Shown here: in pieces, positions 33,861-39,494 of the stretch
Numbering within the stretch: the first letter of the stretch is position 1
Layout of the letters: the number at the start of each line of letters is the position of its first letter
Source: Candidatus Dojkabacteria bacterium CG_4_10_14_0_2_um_filter_Dojkabacteria_WS6_41_15
GTDB lineage: Bacteria > Patescibacteriota > Dojkabacteria > GCA-002793355
DNA: 40,830 bases
NCBI GenBank assembly: GCA_002793355.1
Contig: PFQB01000107.1
Span: 1 to 40,830, forward strand
Direction of reading: 5' to 3'
Position numbers and translations under genes: made by a program
Notes under the pieces: generated by a model
What the model saw: only the letters and a program-made list of their open reading frames with translations
What the model was told of the DNA's origin: nothing
Database searches by the model: none

Positions 33861-35095
33861 AGAAATTTAACATTTGAATTAATCCGCGCTTTCGGTTTAA
33901 GTGTTCGATACCACACTTGCATGCTTGAAATCAATTCGGGGTTTTTTGACTGTTCTTCCAGGCTAGCAAGCTCAGTTACATCGCACGTACCATACTCTTC
34001 CTGAATTCGCACTGCTTTGTTTATACTTTTTTGCAGCTCATCGTAAGAAAAATTCAGAACTACTTTTTGGGAATTATAGACAAGTAAATACAAACGCAAC
34101 CCCAATGAAATGATTTCTGGTGTGTACCGAGGTTCGAATTGCCTCACAATATCCGTAAGCGTGTGCCCTTCCCATCCTCCTTTACGTGCGGACGCGACCT
34201 TACCTTGTATTGCAACTCTTGCTGTCGGCCTGCATATTACTGTACAACCTAATTTTTCCAGCACTCGACCAATTGTAAGAAAGTCAGAAGTACATTCAGG
34301 GTCAAATACCAATTCCATCATGTCTCCAGGATTGACTACCGGCACTAGTCGTCTGAGGGCAATAAACATATAGTTATACCCAAACACATTGGCAGAAGAT
34401 ATTTTTCTTAGCCGTAACCCGTAATTAGAAAAATCCAAATATATGTTTCCGTCGCTGGATCTTGCGTCTAGCACAACGTCAAGTTTTTTTAGTTCACGCA
34501 AAAGCTCTTCGTGCGTAATCAAAAACTTCTCCGGGGTGTACAATCCGGGGTCGTACATTCCTAATAACTTGTACTGACTCTTCCATTCTGGAAGAATGTA
34601 CTTATAATATTCGTGCCCAGCAAGAGACGACTCCAATTCTTGTCTTCTCGTTTGCATTCTTTCTTCGCTAATGCTGTAATTTCGGGAAGACATCTCAATG
34701 TATGCCTTCCCAACCGAAATTCCATCAGACAAGTCGCTGTTTTCTCTACCTCGAAGATATTCCCCAAGTTTAATAACCTGATTATCAACATCAAAAGCTA
34801 ATCGGTTATACAGATAATCCACATCAACATTGCATGCTTTACGCATTTTATACAAGAAGTCTACATACAATAAATGCCTAATATGGCTGGGATTCAACGG
34901 TTTCGTGGGATCAATTTGAACGGGGAAGAGAAAATATTTCATTTTTTGTTGAGTTAAATAATAAAAAACTTCCCTTTCGGGAGGTTTAACATTTTTATTT
35001 AGAGGTTTAGTTAATTCCCGAAAGTTGCTTTGTGGACGAAATAAATTGGAAGGGTTGCGAAAAGTTTGGTCCAACGCATAGGGGAAAGATGACAC
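33857..35095 (-). CDS. truncated class I aminoacyl-tRNA synthetase-like protein (ArgRS catalytic-core-like)
   Basis: KYFLFPVQIDPTKPLNPSHIRHLLYVDFLYKMRKACNVDVDYLY...FDVDNQVIKL parallels the ArgRS region (SxNPtgPlHvGHxR..iGD.l.R.l...G..V.reyY.ND.G.Qi). QGKVASARKGGWEGHTLTDIV parallels G-KMStRkG..v.L.DLl, and GLRLYLLVYNSQKVVLNFSYDEL parallels the RY.ll......i.F pattern. The N-terminal add-on domain and most of the DALR anticodon-binding domain are absent. It starts at GTG 35095, with an alternative ATG at 34942. Confidence 0.45.
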   Translation of the reverse strand: MSSFPYALDQTFRNPSNLFRPQSNFRELTKPLNKNVKPPEREVFYYLTQQKMKYFLFPVQIDPTKPLNPSHIRHLLYVDFLYKMRKACNVDVDYLYNRLAFDVDNQVIKLGEYLRGRENSDLSDGISVGKAYIEMSSRNYSISEERMQTRRQELESSLAGHEYYKYILPEWKSQYKLLGMYDPGLYTPEKFLITHEELLRELKKLDVVLDARSSDGNIYLDFSNYGLRLRKISSANVFGYNYMFIALRRLVPVVNPGDMMELVFDPECTSDFLTIGRVLEKLGCTVICRPTARVAIQGKVASARKGGWEGHTLTDIVRQFEPRYTPEIISLGLRLYLLVYNSQKVVLNFSYDELQKSINKAVRIQEEYGTCDVTELASLEEQSKNPELISSMQVWYRTLKPKARINSNVKFL

Positions 35096-35179
35096 CCGAC
35101 GCCTTGTACGGCCGTGTTAAAAAGCAATGCAATTGCTTCTAATAAATTTTTGGACACGGTTTGCGTCATGTTGAACAGA

Positions 35180-35208
35180 ATTTTACAGGAGTTGTATACG
35201 GGTGTCAA
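35180..35208 (-). promoter_or_regulatory. near-consensus sigma70 promoter of the eight-gene operon
   Basis: On the minus strand: TTGACA (35203-35208), 17 nt spacer, TAAAAT (35180-35185). The predicted leader to the GTG at 35095 is about 78 nt. Confidence 0.6.
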
Positions 35209-35311
35209 ATCATCCTAGTACGTTAATACAATCCGGTACGATTTTCCTGCAATCCGCGAGTAAAACCAGTTAATTAAGATTTGGCTCATTGCTCAGATCA
35301 TTCTAATCTCG

Positions 35312-35890
35312 TCACAGTTTCACTACCCACTCGACCACCTTTGCCAATACGGTAGTTTTCGAATCAGGTACGTATTGCTCAACACTAACCAAACCGTTGC
35401 GGGCGACTAGCACCACCGCGTGTTCGGAAAGGTCGCCCAAAGCCAGCGTGCAAATAAGGATTCCGCGAGGCAATAAATTTCCTGTCGCTACTCGTAGCTT
35501 CGAATCCGCACCCAAACGAACACCGAATTTCTCTACACCATTCTCATTGTCGTATATTTTCGAACCGCTTTCGGTAGCAGATAGAATACTTATCAGCTCT
35601 GAACTTGTTGCTGGAACTACATCAATAACAGGCACAAATCGCGAGGACAAATATTCCGTACTTGCGTCTTTAAAACTGGGAAACGACGAAGCGGCACCGA
35701 AGAACTTACTGACATCAAGATCTAGCGCGTCAGCTAAAAGCAATATCTTTTGCAACGAAGAAGATCTTCCTCGTTCATACCTGCTAATCATCTCCCATGT
35801 TACGCCAACTTTCTTTGCTAGTTCGGACTGAGACAACCTTTTCTTTTGTCGCTGTTCACGAATAGTTCTTCCAATTTCAATATCTGTCAT
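35312..35890 (-). CDS. XRE-family HTH regulator with C-terminal LexA/CI (S24)-like domain
   Basis: The N-terminal HTH reads IGRTIREQRQKKRLSQSELAKKVGVTWEMISRYERGRSS. The C-terminal beta-rich region has GADS at the position of the S24 nucleophile, but no obvious catalytic Lys. Confidence 0.75.
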   Translation of the reverse strand: MTDIEIGRTIREQRQKKRLSQSELAKKVGVTWEMISRYERGRSSSLQKILLLADALDLDVSKFFGAASSFPSFKDASTEYLSSRFVPVIDVVPATSSELISILSATESGSKIYDNENGVEKFGVRLGADSKLRVATGNLLPRGILICTLALGDLSEHAVVLVARNGLVSVEQYVPDSKTTVLAKVVEWVVKL

Positions 35891-35896
35891 GGATTC

Positions 35897-35902
35897 ACTG
35901 TA
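35897..35902 (-). promoter_or_regulatory. -10 box TACAGT, 6 nt upstream of the XRE ATG
   Basis: The minus strand reads cgTACAGTgaatccATG. Confidence 0.4.
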
Positions 35903-35982
35903 CGAAATACCATGTCATTCCGCCATGAAACGGAAATCTATAATCTTTACAGAATTCTTACGCAAACTTTCAAGAATTGGGG

Positions 35983-35988
35983 TACAGT
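35983..35988 (+). promoter_or_regulatory. -10 box TACAGT, 5 nt upstream of the ATG at 35994
   Basis: The sequence reads ggTACAGTaggacATG. Confidence 0.35.
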
Positions 35989-35993
35989 AGGAC

Positions 35994-36194
35994 ATGACAC
36001 CAAAGTCTATATCAATACGACATGAAATTTATTTCAAATTGCTTGCAACACTAGACCTGCTATGGACAGACAATTTTGAACACGAGCAAGCTCTTAATCA
36101 ACAAACACTTGACACCATCGAAAGATTAACCCGACTTACGGAACAATTGGTGTTGTTGGCGCAACGACATTTACTCGAACGTCAATCCGACTAA
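35994..36194 (+). CDS. small helical protein (66 aa) divergent from the XRE gene
   Basis: The ORF shows the same -10/ATG geometry as other genes in the window. It overlaps the 3' end of the convergent 684-aa gene by 59 nt. No motif was recognised. Confidence 0.35.
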   Translation: MTPKSISIRHEIYFKLLATLDLLWTDNFEHEQALNQQTLDTIERLTRLTEQLVLLAQRHLLERQSD

Positions 36195-38190
36195 CCTCGC
36201 CGGGTACATACCGAGCCCAATCAGGTAGCCAGACAGGTGCGAATTTGACCTCCGGAGCCTTTTCTAAAGAAGGAAGTTTTGAAAGGTACTCCAACATTTC
36301 TGGCCATTTCTTACCGGTAACCTCATTCCTAATTTTATCGATATCTAGGCGAGAAGTAGCCAGACCGTTAGCGGTAAACTCGACAGTTACTTTATCATCC
36401 TTCGCAACGGTAACTTTATCTGCTTTCACCGACATTTTCTCGATCGAAACCCTAGATGCATCTGCAGCCGACAGATTCTTTTCTGCTTTGTATTTATTTA
36501 GCAACATTTGTTCGGCTAGTTGAGAAAGTGATACTGCATGATAGTACAGCGCCGTCGTCGTTGTAAACAGCGCGACAGAAGGTTCTTCGTCTGTTTCCTT
36601 CACTTCAGCACCTACCGCCGGGTTCGCCGTTGGTTTACCTTTAAGCGTTGTTACGACTGAGCTTTTAATAAACTCGTAGTTATTATCAAGATTCATATAC
36701 GAAAGATCTGACTCGGCTTCAGTACCTAATTGAGTTTGCAGGGCTTTAACGGCTTTATCCACATCTTTTTGGCCAACAACTACAAAGGTGCGTTTTGTGC
36801 CACCACTTAATGCAACACTATTCTGTCCAGAAAGCGTGGGAAAGCCCGATATGACAAATGGGTTATCAGCCGGCAAATTATACTCCTCACCAAATTCGGA
36901 GGCGGTAATAGTCATAGGTGCAGTCACGTCTACGACAACAGCAGCGCCGGTCACCACAAACTTCTTCCCACCCGAAGTTACCAAAGTGCCCACAGGAACT
37001 GTTTTGCTGGCCATATCACTATTGATAACCGTTATCGTACCCGTTGCTTTCGTTCCATCCGTCCCGCTTTCTGTCGCTTTAAAGGGAAGTGTTCCATTCT
37101 TCTCTACTTTCTCTTTGGTCATTTGAATCTCTTTGCGATTAATGTCAAAACCCGTGACTGCAGAAGTTGCAAGCACAGAATCCGTAATAGTTAAGGCGCT
37201 TGATTGCACTGCAATGGTAATATGCACTTTGGGAAAATAGTAGTAATAGGCAGAGAACATACCGGCTGCTGCAATAAGCGCACCAAAGAAAATAAACAGA
37301 ACGATTCGGCCAAAAATATTTGGCCTACCCTTTTTCGAAACTTTTGCAATTGAACTACCTACCTTCTTCGGAGTTACATCGGGATGAAAAGAATTAATCT
37401 CTTGTGGAGGAACTATCGTATTTGCGGTGCCAGTTGCAGCTTTTGGTCGCCCGAAAAAAGAAGTTTGCTTCTTTTGCTTCATCATTTTTGAGAAATCAAT
37501 GCCAGTCACATTCTGGCTGGCTAAATTCTCGAGTTTCGAGGGCTTTTCGCTGTTTTCATGCTCAGTAATTGGCTCTTTACTGTTACTCGGATTGGGGGCA
37601 GGGATTTCGGAGTTTTCGTAATTATCTCCAACCTGCTCTGGCTTTGTTGTTTCGGCAGAGTTCCCATGCTGTGGCATTTTAGTGCTTTCTTGCTTTACTG
37701 CGTTCGTGCTTTCACTTGCCTCTTCTTCGTTAATCACTTTTCCTCCTCCAGTAACGATTTCTGGGATTGGTAAATGATCTGGAACGGGCGTCATATATTC
37801 TACTTTCTTTTCGATATGATGCGGCAATTCCTTTTGAGAATTCATGCCGGCCAGTGTGTTTTTGTATTCGTCAAATTGCTGTACAACAGTTTGCCAAACA
37901 TCGCCAGTAACCGCGTCTTGCGAGGTTGAAGCAATGAAACCAGCCTTTTTAGCAAGCTCGTAGCCGATACCTTGCGGAACTACTAAGACCATACGCTTTC
38001 CTTTTTCAAGCGTCTTTTTGCGAAGCGCCTTCAACCCAATCGGACTGTTCGCCAAGTCGTTACCTTCGGGTAATACCAACATCACAAAGGCAGCATCAAC
38101 CTTGATAATTGCATCTAAAATCAAATTTATGTCATCATCGATTGTTACATTGATTTTCACTACTTTCTTGTCTGGTGTTGCGTCAATCAT
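36136..38190 (-). CDS. bitopic membrane protein (684 aa), co-transcribed with the FtsA-like gene
   Basis: A roughly 110-aa N-terminal cytoplasmic domain is followed by a low-complexity E/N/S/P-rich linker and a single TM helix (IVLFIFFGALIAAAGMFSAYYYYF). A large beta-rich ectodomain follows, and its ATGTITVIN...VPVGTLV pattern is reminiscent of baseplate-J-like annotations. Family assignment is uncertain. Confidence 0.6.
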   Translation of the reverse strand: MIDATPDKKVVKINVTIDDDINLILDAIIKVDAAFVMLVLPEGNDLANSPIGLKALRKKTLEKGKRMVLVVPQGIGYELAKKAGFIASTSQDAVTGDVWQTVVQQFDEYKNTLAGMNSQKELPHHIEKKVEYMTPVPDHLPIPEIVTGGGKVINEEEASESTNAVKQESTKMPQHGNSAETTKPEQVGDNYENSEIPAPNPSNSKEPITEHENSEKPSKLENLASQNVTGIDFSKMMKQKKQTSFFGRPKAATGTANTIVPPQEINSFHPDVTPKKVGSSIAKVSKKGRPNIFGRIVLFIFFGALIAAAGMFSAYYYYFPKVHITIAVQSSALTITDSVLATSAVTGFDINRKEIQMTKEKVEKNGTLPFKATESGTDGTKATGTITVINSDMASKTVPVGTLVTSGGKKFVVTGAAVVVDVTAPMTITASEFGEEYNLPADNPFVISGFPTLSGQNSVALSGGTKRTFVVVGQKDVDKAVKALQTQLGTEAESDLSYMNLDNNYEFIKSSVVTTLKGKPTANPAVGAEVKETDEEPSVALFTTTTALYYHAVSLSQLAEQMLLNKYKAEKNLSAADASRVSIEKMSVKADKVTVAKDDKVTVEFTANGLATSRLDIDKIRNEVTGKKWPEMLEYLSKLPSLEKAPEVKFAPVWLPDWARYVPGEVSRIDVRVNVVAPTTPIVP

Positions 38191-38192
38191 CG

Positions 38193-39443
38193 TTAATAAG
38201 TTCCCAAGTAATTAAGGTTTGGCTGGCGAATGACGTCCCAATAGAATTTCGCCAACGAAGCGGGTGTTACATCATACGGATGAATCAATAATCCGCTCTT
38301 ATCATATACCCGGTCAAGTTTATCTGGAGTAACTAGCAGAACCTTTGGCAAGCGCTTGAAGGGCAAGTGTTTGTGCCATGGATACGAAAGGATTGCCTCT
38401 TTGAGGTCAGGTAACATGGCACCACCACCACAAAGGAAGAACTGTGCAGGGAATTCTGGAACGTTTTCGAATTCTTCCATGGCAACAACCAAAGCGTCTA
38501 GCCACAGTTGCACATCTGGAGCAAGTAAACGTCGAACCTCGTCACGTAAATCTTGCGGTAATTCCCCCGTTGAATACTTGATCTTTCGCCCTTCGGCAAT
38601 ATTGTAACTAACGTCCATTGCTTGGGCTATTTTCTTGGTAAAAGCTCTACCCCCGAAGGCATACATTTGTGTTTGAATAGTGTCACCGTTTTGCACCAAT
38701 GCTACGTCTGTTGTGCCACCACCAATGTCAATAAAAATTCCAGAGAATTGCGAGTCCCAACTACCTGCAAACGAACGTGATACGGCGAACGGTTGCGTTA
38801 CAATCGATGCTATTTCTAGATCTAAGGCCTGCGAGATTTCACGTAATTTTGCTACATATGTCTTCGGCGCAAACGAAGCATACAAATTCAACACAATTTC
38901 CTCGGAGGCAAGCCCGACAACCGTATCGACCTTGAGGCCATCGGCAAACATACCCGTTACAGTAATCTGCAAAACTTCTACATTGTCTTCGGTGGTATCC
39001 AAACGCTTTGCTAATTCGCCCTTACCTTTGGTCAAAATGTCACTAATTACATTTTCAACGACCGAGTTTGCCTCTGGTTCAGTTATTTTGCGGTTTGCAT
39101 CACGCCCACGATCGTAAGAAACACGAATAGAGATGCCATTTACCAGTTCACCGGCCATTCCAAGTACCATCTTTGTGGGGACTTCGTCCGGATCCAGTTT
39201 CTCGACAAGTTTTTGCACACACAACCTGGCATTTTCCAATACAGTATCCTGATTCAGAATTACTCCGCTTCGCATTGCATGCGTTTGCTGCGTAACTTGA
39301 TACGAAGACCAAATATCGACACCAAGGTTTGACATCGAAAAAAGGAGCCCTTTCATGACTTCCGTTCCAATGTCGAGAGATAGCAAATACTTGCTTGTCG
39401 TTTTTGGCTTTTTGGCCCCTCCGAAAAGGGAGAATAGCTTCAT
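38193..39443 (-). CDS. ftsA: FtsA/PilM-family actin-like ATPase
   Basis: Contains the phosphate-1 motif LSLDIGTEVMKG and the phosphate-2 motif IFIDIGGGTTDVAL, plus AFGGRAFTKKIA. Size and domain order fit FtsA. The symbol is tentative. Confidence 0.65.
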   Translation of the reverse strand: MKLFSLFGGAKKPKTTSKYLLSLDIGTEVMKGLLFSMSNLGVDIWSSYQVTQQTHAMRSGVILNQDTVLENARLCVQKLVEKLDPDEVPTKMVLGMAGELVNGISIRVSYDRGRDANRKITEPEANSVVENVISDILTKGKGELAKRLDTTEDNVEVLQITVTGMFADGLKVDTVVGLASEEIVLNLYASFAPKTYVAKLREISQALDLEIASIVTQPFAVSRSFAGSWDSQFSGIFIDIGGGTTDVALVQNGDTIQTQMYAFGGRAFTKKIAQAMDVSYNIAEGRKIKYSTGELPQDLRDEVRRLLAPDVQLWLDALVVAMEEFENVPEFPAQFFLCGGGAMLPDLKEAILSYPWHKHLPFKRLPKVLLVTPDKLDRVYDKSGLLIHPYDVTPASLAKFYWDVIRQPNLNYLGTY

Positions 39444-39448
39444 GGTTC

Positions 39449-39457
39449 AGTATAGCA
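39449..39457 (-). promoter_or_regulatory. extended -10 TGcTATACT, 5 nt upstream of the ftsA-like ATG
   Basis: The minus strand reads gTGcTATACTgaaccATG. Confidence 0.45.
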
Positions 39458-39494
39458 CTACCGATTGAGCACGGCAATATCGAACAGATAGCAC

